A DNA stretch of 54,323 bases, filler included, from Sphacelaria rigidula (taxonomy: Eukaryota), in the NCBI GenBank assembly GCA_964200075.2. It is 5 parts of 5 records of this genome, joined end to end, with 100 filler letters (N's around TTAATTAATTAA, not from the genome) between each part and the next. Parts side by side here need not be neighbours in the genome. Positions count along the whole stretch, not along the records: positions 10,887 to 21,671 come from CAXNAA020005916.1; positions 21,772 to 32,555 come from CAXNAA020005917.1; 3 more parts are not named here. One strand, written 5' to 3'. Below, in pieces: positions 11,238 to 23,795 of the stretch; within the stretch, counting starts at the first letter, position 1; each line of letters opens with the position of its first letter. The translations under genes were made by a program, and so were the position numbers. The notes under the pieces were generated by a model that saw nothing but the letters and a program-made list of their open reading frames with translations, was not told the DNA's origin and did no database searches.

Positions 11238-14200
11238 GTTCTTGTGCAGGCAGCTCCAAAGGTATACGAGGAGGGTCCCGGACTCGAGAGCTTACGGACT
11301 GTAGTTCAGACCTTTGCAGAGAAGTACAACTCCGATTTCCAGGCGAATAAGGTAAGCTCTGCGGGGTACACATTAAGCACGAGAACCCGACCGACCTGAG
11401 ATCAACGCGCTGACGTTTCTCAGCGTAACATGACCATGTTATGTGTCTGTTACGTTGAAGCGACAACCCTACGTGCTTGCTTCAACACACGAAAAGAAGG
11501 CAGCACACAAAGTGACTGGCTGGCAAGTGGGACAAACATCAAGAGAAAAACAGGGACTCTGCACCAACCCCTAGCGAAGACAGGGTAGTAGAGAACCTCA
11601 CATGGTTCTCAAAAAGTTATTGAAGAACTCTCGGCTTAGTGTTTGTTGGCATCATGTAACCGCCGGCCTGAAGCAAGTTTACTTTGCCTCCGAACTTGGT
11701 GCATAGGCCACCAACCGACTCGTGTTTATACTTTCAATTCAATCTTAGCTTCTGAACACTATTTCCTTGTTCTCAGCTGAGATTATGGTAATGCGTCGCA
11801 GGACGTAGCACCTCTAAAGCGCCCCCCTGCGTGCTGTACAAATGGCTGTTGTCGAGAGACGTGCGTGCATGCTATCGTATCGGAATATGTAAGGTTCGTC
11901 CTTCTGGACTATGTCTTATATACATACCTATCTAGTGTACATCGTGGCAAGCATCACAGGAATATTTGATTAAGGTAACTCACGCAAACCTCACCGAGGG
12001 GATTCACGCACACTCCATTCTGTAGTCTGCAACCATCGACATGTATGCCCTTTTCTGCCATGCCCCTTGCAAATCTTTCTCGGTGCCTGGTGATCTGGAA
12101 CCATTCCACACTGCCGGAGCATAGATGAACTTGGTGCTCTTCGATGATGCACTGAAGCATCTCATCACAGTGTCGCGCATCTTGGGTATGCCTTGCGGCA
12201 ACATGCTTTTCGTCGGAGTTGGGGGCTCGGGTAAGCAAAGCTTGACCCGCCTGGCAAGCTACATCGCCGGAAATTTCACGTTCCAGATCACCCTAACCAA
12301 GGCCTACAACCTGAACTCTTTCATGGACGATCTTAGGTACGCCTATGTGTTGGTGTCATTTTGTGCATCGCACGCAGTTGAAGTCGAGACTTCGCTTGCA
12401 CTTCTATTTCGATATTGTGAACAAGAGTACTGATTTAGTCGGCGACCGTGCGGGGGCCGTTAGCACCCTTGTTTGACACCCATGATGCGCCAGCTGTTAG
12501 CCAGTACCATGTCTTCACCTAGATTCAGGTTCAGCAGTCTTGTTTTGTGAAAGCATTCAGGTGGGAGGTTTGCGTATTTGGGTACCATGCCTTACGGTAT
12601 GCACATGGTTTTCTCGTGTGCGCGTTGATCGCGTACTGGAGCGTGAGGGTCCCCTATACACTGTGCCCGCCAATATGAGAGTCTTGAGATACCTTGTAGT
12701 TGTCATGAGAACGCTGTGCGGAGAGAATCAGCTGCCGACGCGTTCTGCGCATGGTTCATATGACGTTCTCGATGTGTCGGAGGTGGCCAACTTCGCATGC
12801 TTTGAACGAACGAACATGGCTGGTAAAGGTAGGTCTTGGCGACATCATGAGGTCTGTCTCGTCGCTAGATTTTCCTTCTTATCTACACAGCTGAAAATGG
12901 ACGAACATTTTACGCTCACTCTGATCAGGATGTTGTACAAGATGTGCGGGCAGCAGGGCACCGCGGCAACGTTCCTCATGACCGAGGCAGAAATGAAGGA
13001 CGAGACATTCCTTGAAATCATGAACAGCTTCTTGATGACTGGAGAAATTCCCAACCTTTTCCCGAAGGTACGAAGTGAAACCGCTACCGCTAAACACGTA
13101 TTGTTCCAGAACCGCACCGCGACCGTGTTTGTACACTTGCTGCGATGAAAGCGTCGTGCTCAGTATTGAGGGTCACAGACAAAGGGGGGTCGACCCACGC
13201 CCTTTGCAGCCACAAAGGGGTCGAGGCAAAACACAGGTACGAGCTCTGTCCGTGCTCCTCTGAAATTGATCGAAATCCAATCCTTACGTAAAAGCAAATC
13301 GACCACCGGCTAGGCAGAGCACGGGAGTAGACTTTTACAAGCTTTCGGGCACGCCTACGGAGACAAAAGTGCCGCGGGCAACAAGGGCTGCGCAGTAGGC
13401 CTCCTTCAATCCGAGAATGGGGTGGAGCGAACCACAGCCATATACTTATTGTTATCCTCGACCCTCTTTTTTCCATGGTCAGACCCCGTTTTTGATACAG
13501 TAGATCCTCTCGTGATCACTCCCCGCTCCTCAAAACTCACCTTCCACGCGACCGCACGGCAGAACATCACAGCACCTGAAACATCTCCGCCGCATCTTCC
13601 AGCAGCCTGGAGACATCCCCCGCACACACACCAGACCCCAGCGAGATGTCTAGCTGGTCGCTACCTAAAGGAACAACAACGATAAAAAGCCGACAATGAT
13701 CTTTACTTTTTTTTGTTCTGCAACAGTTGCAGAGACCCCAACGGAACCCAACGGGTTGAGTACCCAAATAGTACGGTGAAATAATGCTGTAGGAGGTGGG
13801 ACTGCTCTGGAGGGAGAGTTGTACTTCTTTACTAGACAAATTCTCGAATATGTTCGAACTGGTGCTACAGTACGTTTCCCGAAGTATCACATATAAAGGC
13901 AACTTTCTTGGGAGAACACAACGGTGCTTTGGCAACGACAACGCGTCGCCAAAAGAGACCTAGGTTCGGTACACCCCATGTGCGTCCTCTTTGTAGCTTA
14001 CAGATAGATAGGTATGTTTAGTTCGCGACCCGCAATATTGTCTCAACAGTGCCCAGGGCCGTTGTACGAACCTACAAGCCTTCTCGTTGCCAAATAACCA
14101 TTGTGTTATCCCAAGAAAGCTGCCCTCATATGTGATACTTCGGAAAACGTACTGTAGCAACAGTCCGAACATATTCGAGAATTCGTCCGGGGAAGAAGTG

Positions 14201-17200
14201 CAACTCTCCCTCCAGAGCAGTCCCGCCCTCTACAGCATTCTTTCGCCGTACTCTTTGGGTACTTGACCCGTTGGGTTCCGTTGGGGTCTCTGCAACTGTT
14301 GTAGAACAAAAAAATGTGAGAGATCATTGTCGGCCTTTATTATTGTTGTTCCATGAGGTATCGACCAGCTAGACATTCCGATGGGGTCTGGTGTGTGTGC
14401 GGCGGAGATGTTTCAGGTGCTCTGATGTTCTGCCGTGCGGTGGCGTGGAGGGTGAGTTTTAAGGGGCCGGGAGTAGTCACCAGAGGGTCTACTTTATCGA
14501 AAAAAGAGGGTCTAGGATAACAACAAGTATATGGCAGCGGTTCGCCCCACCCCGTTCTCGAACTAAAGGAGGCCTACTGCGCAGCCCTTGTTGCCCGCGG
14601 CACTGCTTTTTCCGTAGGCACCTCCGAAAGCTCGTGAAAGTCGACCTCCGTGCTCTGCCTAGGTAGTGGTCGATTTGCCTTTACGTAATGATCGGATTTC
14701 GATCGATTTCAGAGGAGCACGGACAGAGCTCATACCAGTGTTTTGCCTCGACCCCTTTGTGGCTGAGAAGGGCGTACGTTGAACCACTTTTGTCCATGGT
14801 CTAGGTATTTACCTCTTGGGGCTGCGTCTCGAACGGTCATCCCATGAATACTCGTGGTCATCAGGTTCGCTTTCAACTATTGTTGGCAATGGATCCCACC
14901 TCCAATACTACTTGTTGTGATCACTCGTTCAGCAGTCCGCAACGTACAGCCCCTGATGCGTCCGAGTATGGGTTAGTCGATAACTGACAAGCAGCACAAG
15001 TCGCACTTTACGTCCCCCGCGACGAGCGTATTAAACCTCTGAACCTCTGTTGGCAACCGATATGGTCCCTCGGCCAGCGCGAACACGAGAAGCACTTGAT
15101 ATCCCTTCACTATGTTTAGTTCTAACTACAGTACTCAAACGGTAAACATGTATTCAATCCGTCGGGCTTGTTTCCCAGACGATTTGCACCCTTCACTGGA
15201 GAGTTTGAGAGTCGATGGACGTTGGAAAATGATGCAGGTTGTGTTCAGGACACATTTCCCAACGTTGTGTTGTTGGAACGATACGCAGTAAAACCCCGTT
15301 TGTCGAGGAGTTGTTAATGACTCCCCATCGTCGAAAAACAGGGTTTTCGACTGTCGCGCAATGAAAATAGAGAAAAACAGGAAACTGAAACCATATAACT
15401 GTTCACTATAACAATCCGGATCTACTCAATCGAGCGACAATAGCTAAGAGCGTTCGGTAGTAGGACTCCCAAAGACCGGTGAGTCCGTAACCCGTCCAAA
15501 ATTGCTCGTAGATTATATTTTTTTCTCGAAACTTGTGTCGAGGACTCATGTCTCATGGTTCCCAAAGTCTGGGATCAACCAGAAACAGGGATGAGTCGTC
15601 TTGACCGTAAAGCCTGAAGAAATCGCTGTGAATCGAAAGGCGTTTCGTTTAAAGTTTGACTGCTACACTCCTCCTGTGCAGTCGGTGCCCGGGCACTGGT
15701 TGACTGACACCGTATCCGGTCCCCGTGTCTATTCAAGCTGATACCCCCCCACACACAAGTATGTAATCGAGGGCGAGTAGTTTGTTCAAACGTGTTTGTT
15801 GCGGTACAATGGCTGTACACTCATTATTCCCATTTCTCCCTCACTTTGGCATGTCCATCTGTTCGTGGGCTCGCAGGATGAGATGCACATGATGGCTGCA
15901 GAAATCCGCCCGTTTGCCATTGGTACACGCCCGGATTTCGTGGATACTCCCGAAAATCTAGCCCGGTGTTTCGTCGACAGAGTGCGCGCCAACCTGCACT
16001 GCATCATTTGCATGTCTCCAGTGAGCGCAAAGTGAGCAAACGTCATTAGACGGCAACGCCTTTCGCACCGAAAAGGACGTGCGCGCAGATGCCATTTGGG
16101 GTATTTGGGATTCTCGGGCTCACCTCAACGGATTCGTCAAGGCAGAGCGGATGTTGTAGGTTTTGCCGGCGTACCGGTCTGGTAGTTAACGCGGCACCGT
16201 CGATTACTCATTTCTCGCCCCCGCCCCCCGTTATTCCCCGCAGCCGGTTGATACTGGGAACAGAGGCACTTTCACAACCGACAGGTAGTGGCGTGTGGTT
16301 TGGTTCGTTTGTCGTGTCGAACAGTTTCTCAGGTGCTGCCTTTATTACACGTTGTGATCCAGGCCATTTTGTTGTGGTATGTTGTACGCTTCTCTCTCGT
16401 GCACGTAGAATGTGGCGAATATAGCATTTGGTATGTTCGCTATCACTAGTGTCGGACAGTCGACATCGCCACACTTTTCACTTAACGCTGTATCCGCGCC
16501 TTGTAATGATATCAGGTTTCCCGAGCGAGCTCGAAAATTCCCCGGACTAGTGAACGGATGTACAATCAACTGGTTCCTTGCTTGGCCGACAGAGGCTCTC
16601 GTGGCTGTGTCTAGCGGCTTCATCAGCAACGCCCCTATCGAGTGCTTAGCCGAGGTGACTCGTAGTCAACGATAATAAGGTAGACTACAGTTATCCGCTA
16701 CTAGCCAGGGTGTGCTATATTCTCGATTTGGACGAGCGAACATTTTATACCCTCTACGATGACGACTCATGACTAGTTGCGTGCAAATTACTGTGGAATG
16801 AAGATGCTGTGTACGCGTTGTCTGTAAGCACCTGTCGGACAACAAAGCTGTACATCGAGTTGTTTGTAGACATCTACGGGATGAAAGAGTTAGACAACTA
16901 GTCGCCTGTAAACTACTTCTGAATGAAAATCTTGTGCGACTGGTCGCATGTAGACGAACACGGACTGAGAGATCTGCGCGACTAGTCGCCTGTCAACACC
17001 TCCCTACCGGATGAGGAGACTAGGTATCTAGTGGCAAATAGACGAGTATTGCAAGAACTCGTCTTAACTGCAGACCACGACTACTAGATAGAGATGTTTG
17101 TTTGGCAAATATTAGCGCGGGAACAACTAAGCTTTTCGACTGAAAACCTGTAAGTCTGCCTTTCAAGCTGTGCCTTCAAATGCGAGGAAGCCTTCAACGA

Positions 17201-20200
17201 ATTATAATGAATTACTGAAGATTTATCTCTGCTTGAGGTGGACAAGCCTACCGCAGGCCGGTGTAGACTGAAACGTGACATAACGTGTCAAGTGGCGAAA
17301 CGAGTGTGGGTTCCTTACTTAACCAGAAGCTCTCCGAAGTCAACCATGAGTGCTTCCAAGAAATTAATTTGAAGTGTAGACAACGACTGGATGGCAAGGT
17401 TGGACAACTAGTTGTCCTTCAAGACTTCTCACTGATTGTCCGGAAAGGATGTGCGACTGGTCGCCCGAGGACAACAACTGCCTAGTTTCCTCCAGATGAT
17501 TACTGCATAAGTAACACGCGCAACTGGCCGCAACGACGACTTCGTGATAGACCTCTGCGACTAGTCACCTGTAGACGACTACATGGTGCTATACCTGTGC
17601 GACCAGTCGCCCGTAGACGACTACTGAGTAACTTGAAAATTTATTAAACTGGTCGTGTTTGAACGACATTGACCGGGAAAACGGGCGCAGCTAACTATGT
17701 GAAAGAGATTACAGCCTGATAACTGCGCAAGTAAACAAATCGTCGACTAGATGGTCATTATTCGCGCAACACAAAAAAGTCATCATTGGTGTACCGTCAC
17801 ACGCGTACGGTGTGTCCCTTGTAACCTGTAAGACACTTTGCTCGGTACCAAGTGTGCACCTCCTGATGCTCACGCTTGTCTAGTGTTCATCATGGCTCAC
17901 TGCATGACCCGGTGCTTGCTGTTGATACACTAACTTGAGAGCGTCCCTGCCTCCACCGGTCGGTGCTCGTTAAAACTCACGCGCAAATGCACCACACGCA
18001 CATGATTGGAATCGTGGCACAGGGCGAAGCGTTTGCGACACATTCATTCGCACCTCATGGGGTTCAAATCAAACGCTCGAAAACGGGAATCGCAAGATGC
18101 CGAACCCTGCGCAGTTTCAAGTCTGTAGACCGCACCACCGGTCGACGTGAAACACTGGACAGTACTCCGTACTTTTGATCGCAACGGTAGGTTCGGAAGG
18201 AGCTGATGACCCATATGGGGATGGTACATCGCATGGTGGTGGAGGCCTGCGGTGACTACTTCGTGCAAATGAGGAGGAGGGTGTACCAAACACCGCGGTC
18301 GTTCTTGTCCTTCCTCGCTTCGTACAAGGTATTTCCCGCGCAGTTTAAGTGGTAACGGTTCATTTCCCCATTCAGCATAAGCACTGTAGTTTCAGGGCTC
18401 TCCTCCTGAAACAAATATTTATGAACAGTCATTTTTGTCGTTATAGAGTAGTGAACGTCCATGATGAAGAACTCCGGTAGAGGTTCTGTGGGGACCTGAG
18501 GTTTCATCCGATCATCCATCCTGTTGTGCATCTATTCGTCGAGAGAATCGATGGTTTTCGGAGATGATATATGCCCCTGCAGAAACGCGCCTTTAACCCA
18601 AGGGTACTTATACCTACGCTCGTGGCAGGATCTCTACGTGGCCAAGAGAGAAGAAGTCGACGTTAAGAGTCAACGTGTAACGGTTGGACTCGAGAAGCTG
18701 AAGAAAGGGGCAGCCGACGTTGAAACCATGAAGGTTAGAACATGAAGTAGTACAAGTGCTCCACTCAGCATATTGGCATCTTTAAAGCACGGCGGAAACA
18801 ACGGCGTATGAGGGAAACGATAGGTCTCCTCTCGCCAGAGAAACCTCAGCCGTCAAGGATGACAAAATACAAGTTGTGCCTTGGTCATACATTCGGCTAT
18901 CCCTTGTGGCTGACATGTTTGTTGCAAGTTTGGAAAGCCGGCTATATGGCCACGACGTGAGCAACGGGTGATTGGAGTAGTAAACTTCGCAATACGCCTG
19001 AGGATACGTATACCCGTAATCGGTAAATCATACGGTGGAATGTATCCCCTTCCCTTCCTGAAGGCTGTGTAGGTGGCGGTTTCATCAATGTAGTATTTGT
19101 GGAACTTCGTTTATCACTGCAGCAATTCATCAGCAATGGGCTGGCGAAGCCAATATATTGTGATCTATTGCCAATGTGGTGGCGAAGCAGCCACGCGCGT
19201 CTCGCAGGAACCAACCGCGAGGGCGTAGCTCGATCCAAAACGCCTTCCCTCCGGCTGGTGAGGGGGGCTCGCCGGAGGCGCCGCTGGTGGCAGAAGAAAC
19301 AAGCGCTTCGGCTTCATCTCTCGTTGAAAGTCGAATTCATGGTCAAACACCGAAGAGCAGCGATTAACGCGCACAAAGTTCAATCTTACCGCGAAAATGT
19401 GGCAACAAAACAAAAGTGCTGACAATTAGAATTACGTTGTATTTTTTAGTACCATGTGGTGTTTGCTGAGGGACGCAAATTGTTGACAAGCGTTGTGAGA
19501 TAAAAAAAATGCCGGCGTTCACGGATCCGACTCGTCGGACCGTTGACGCTGGTGGGTACGTGTATGGAGAAACCGCGCGGCGACGCATGCCTAATGTTTT
19601 GTAGCTCACGCGATTATTACCACGGTTCAACAATGGCAATATCACGTCTACATCCAGTGGATTATGACTATAGCACGCGTAGCGATATATTGGATTTGTT
19701 TTGGTGCTGATCAATGTCAATTCATCGCAATGTTTTGACATTGCCATATATTGATATTGATCATGCATGTGGTGCTCAATACACAACACCATTCTCACGG
19801 TACTTTCGCCAATAACAGGTGCAACTTAAAGAGGAAGAGGTCAAACTCAAGGAGGCCGACCAGGCTACTACTGCTATGCTTAGCAAGCTGGAGGTCAGTC
19901 CGACGCATTGGTCCTCGTGGATGGGGGACTCGCGTAGACAAACTCGCTGCGCGTTGTACAGTTCCGATCAAAGTGTCAAATCCTGCGTAAGTACGGCCTG
20001 ATATATCGCTGACACGATGTTGAAGCCGGGGTGCTGTGAAGACTGTATTGGTGAGAGCGCATGCATACTTCATAATGAGTGTTTCATCGGAGGACATGTC
20101 ATGAACGTGTTGAATCAAAATACCTGGTCATTTTCCCATTGACGTGAACATTCCAATGTACGGCGACGATTCTTGGGGGATGATAATCAATAGGTCAGCT

Positions 20201-21518
20201 CCATGGCAGCGAAAAAGGAAGCAGATGCAGTGCATGTCATCAAGGAAGCGTGTATGGACGACGCTAGAAGAATCGCAGGGGAAAAGGAGGATGCCGAACA
20301 TGACTTGGCACAGGCTAAACCGTTTTTAGAAGAGGCAGAACGCGCGGTGGAGTCAATCAAGGCACAGTATATCCTGTGTGGAGAGCACCATACCGTGCCG
20401 TGCCCGCCGACTCTGTTCGTGAAATGTTTGATGTGATACACTGTCCAGAGATAGACTATCTCCTACCCCGACGGGCGCCGTCCCTTGCATGTCTTCTGTA
20501 CATTTGATTCAGAGTCCTGCGAACAATAGTAGCCGTGTAAAGTGCCGGCGCGAATCGAACGCATACAGCTTAATAAATGTGTGTGTGTTTTTTACAGGCT
20601 GATATCAGTACCCTGAGTAGGCTCGATCATCTTCCCCGCAGTCATGGTAGGTCCATCTTGCCTCGCATCCGCGCCACCCGAGCCTTACGTTGTGAGCAGC
20701 ATCTTAGTTCAACCGTCTGTCGAACCTCTTCAGGCCAACGACTTGAACGAACTGAAAAAGCTCCAAAAGCCATCCGACGTCATCAAGCTGATCTTCGACT
20801 GCGTGGGACTACTTAAAATGGAAAAAGTGCAGCCAGTGCAGCAGGACGAGGTTATCATAGGCATCGGCAAGGAAAAGCAAACCCTCCCGTTTCTCAAGGT
20901 AATAGTCAACCGGAAATGTTTGGAACATTCCGGGTGCGAGGGTATTTGACAGATTTTTTGTGACCGCGGAAATCATGCGCGTTGAACTCTTCCACTGAAT
21001 TCGATGCCTTCACTCCAACTAATAGCCTTAATGCCGGCCAAAATGATCGCGACCACGCTTTGATACAATGAGGAATACCTTCACCAATCCCATCCTAACC
21101 CCGTGCCATGTCCATTACCCAGTAAAAAATGTTCACTAGATGGGAGAATTTCCCGCGTCAACCGGACGGCAAATGAGGAGCGGAGAAGGAAAGCGAAATA
21201 TATCCCGATGATCACCATACTACCCGAAGACAGCTCTGTACATCCTTGTCCTGTGCACCGTCTGTGTCCTCGTATGCTGCGCAGGATTCATACAAGCACA
21301 TGCAAGCTGGCATGCTATCTGACGCTCGGTTCCTGCAGTCCATATTTGCCTTCTCTCAAAACGAAAAGGATTTCATCAACGATGAGACGGTCGAGCTGAT
21401 GGCGCCGTATCTTGAACTCGAGGGATTCAACCCTGCCGTGGCGAGAAATGCTTCAAAGGCTGCCGAGGGTCTCTGTACCTGGTGCAGGGCCATGACATAC
21501 TACCATGAGGCGTCGAAG
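11238..21518 (+). CDS. Axonemal dynein heavy chain, probably outer-arm gamma/DNAH5-8 type (partial, 11 exons; AAA4, stalk, microtubule-binding domain)
   Basis: Phase-consistent exons 11238-11351, 12125-12336, 12929-13067, 15877-16031, 16516-16654, 18191-18328, 18629-18733, 19819-19893, 20194-20361, 20734-20898, 21285-21518. Motifs: [11 protein letters not shown]-loop [80 protein letters not shown]. Confidence 0.95.
13171..14801. mobile_element. Large foldback element in dynein intron 3
   Basis: About 13178-13975 is the diverged reverse complement of about 14062-14794 (e.g. GAGCTCTGTCCGTGCTCCTCTGAAAT / ATTTCAGAGGAGCACGGACAGAGCTC), with a short central spacer. Confidence 0.9.
16720..17750 (+). 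repeat. Degenerate 42-bp tandem array with palindromic core GCGACTAGTCGC (dynein intron 5)
   Basis: Cores at 16895, 16937, 16979 and 17558, 17600 are exactly 42 apart, with further degenerate units around them. Confidence 0.75.
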
Positions 21519-21671
21519 GTGTGCTATCGATCCGAGTTCGACACTTTCTATGATAGCCCCCCCCCAAAGTGCGTGGTTTTGGGAGGCAAAATCTTTACAT
21601 AAATCGAAATAGGAAAAGCCGAGCTCAACGAGCAGCTGGGAATTCCCACGCTTGGGTTCGTTCTAGCCAAT

Positions 21672-21771
21672 NNNNNNNNNNNNNNNNNNNNNNNNNNNNN
21701 NNNNNNNNNNNNNNNTTAATTAATTAANNNNNNNNNNNNNNNNNNNNNNNNNNNNNNNNNNNNNNNNNNNN
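21672..21771. other. Artificial contig linker
   Basis: N44-TTAATTAATTAA-N44. Confidence 0.97.
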
Positions 21772-22989
21772 GGCCCAACTCGTCTGTGTCGATGAGATAT
21801 TGCTTTTAGAGCTTAAATCCGTTTTTAGGCTGGCCCAGCTCGTACACATGAGGCAGAGGGTGAACTAGTGAAAACACACCATAGTACTACTGTTATCTGT
21901 GCATTTGTGTAGAATCTACTACGTACTGTACAGGGCTCCCAGTGCCCTGTACAATTGGCAAGTTGTACTAGACAGGAACACTAGTACCGCTGTCGCCTGA
22001 ATAATCTGTACATCGTCGTTATCGCCGAAGGCGTCACGCTGCGGTTGGTACGCAGTGTCGAACACAGCAGCCAGCAAAATATTTCATGTACCGTACATAA
22101 ATCTGTGTTCTAAGATCGATGCGCGCACACACACAGCAACTACTAACGCCATTATCCATCGATCAGGGGGGTCCCCCACCCCTCCCCTCCTACTGCTCCA
22201 AAATGAGGTTTGGGCGACCTGGGGGGCCGGTGCCGTCATTTCCCGATATGGGGCCCCTCGGCCCAGCGTGCAGCTACTTGACGCTTGGCGCGGTCTCCTG
22301 TCTACCCGAGAAACAGCAGTTTGCAACTTATAGTCTACGGCATACCGGGGAGCAAATCCTGTACATGTACTTGAAAACAGGCATGGTAGTGGCTGGGACT
22401 AGTGCGGGACGACCTAGCGGGAATTTGCCGGGAAATGGCTCGCGTCTCAGCGACGGCTTGCTGCGGGCCCTTGCTAATGTAGGGCGACGGCGATAACACG
22501 AACACGATTTATGCTCCAGTACAACTTTACGCTTCCGTGCAACGACACATCACCATACCCCGGGTGCGTGCGGCAGACCTTCATTTAAGATGCACTTCTC
22601 ACAAGAGCCCAGCCAAGACCGCTCCGGTTTTATCGCCACAATCCAAGACCGCAAAGTCACAAACACCGGAATAAATTGAAATTGGAAGCGCCCTGGACAC
22701 AGGGCAACTTATCAATATGAACATATATAAATTGGGGGGTGTAAGGGGTATTTTTGGTTGGGTGGGTATGGGGTTGGTTTTTCATTTTCTGGAAAAAGGG
22801 AGTACAGTATACAGACAGCGTGGTCTATTGTAAAGTAGAAACAGTGCAGCAGACAGAATATGGTCTGCCCGTGACCCGAAAACTCCGTTCCCAAATTGAT
22901 GGGTGTTCCAAACTTTTGGGCAGGCGACACAGATACGTACGTATGACGAACGTTCTTGTAATATTTCACTCTAAGTGACTTGCGATAGC

Positions 22990-23795
22990 ATGCCAATATG
23001 GAAATATGATGTGAGATTGTGGCAGTGTGGCAGAAGTTCCCCCATCAACGCGGTGGGCGCGTGACGTTATTCGTGGTTCGCGAGATGACAACCCCCCCCT
23101 CATCCGACCACACCTTCCCTCGCGGCCATGTGATGTCGAAATGTGGCAACGTTGAAGTGAGTATGCCACCGAGGGTAGGGGAGGCACGTCACGGTTATGG
23201 TTTGCGACCAGGCAACGCTCCCCCCATCCACAACCAAAACTCCCCTCGCGGCCATGTGGTATGGAAATATGGAAATGTGTAATGTTACAGTGTCTGATTC
23301 TCCCATGAACGCTACGGTGTGCGCTTGACGCTACTTGTTGTTCGTGACCTGCCACTCTCCTCTCTCCATCCGATCACATGTTCCCTCGCGGCAACGTAAT
23401 GAGGAGATGTGATTCCCTTCCCCCATCTGCTCCGTCTCGAAAGGGATGCATGGTCAACGGTCCAACGACTGAGGCAAGCAACAAATGAGTACGCCCCGCC
23501 CCCGCCCAACCCTTCCGACTACACCTTTCCTCGCCTTCCGACTATACCTTCCCTCGCGGCTATGTTACATCCGAATGTGGTAATATAGCAGTAACTTTTT
23601 CATCATTAACAACGGGTGGGTGACCACATCAGGTTCGTGGTTCGCGACCGCCCCCACCCAACCCGACTGCACCTTCCCTCGCGACCATGACATCTCGAAA
23701 TACGCAGATGCGGCAGCGATTCTTTCATCGGCGCGTTTGTAGTTCGTGATCTGGCAACCTCTGCCCCATCCGACCATACCTCCCCTCACCCGCAA
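22990..23795 (+). repeat. Degenerate tandem array, unit about 110-140 bp
   Basis: Recurring TTCGTGGTTCGCGA...CCGACCACACCTTCCCTCGCGGCCATGTG...GAAATGTGG near 23105, 23229, 23370, 23538, 23663, 23770. Confidence 0.75.

Noticed and set aside
16720..17750. CRISPR array
   Set aside because: Repeats are highly degenerate, the intervening segments resemble each other and are shared with an unlinked copy, no cas genes are present, and the context is a eukaryotic intron.
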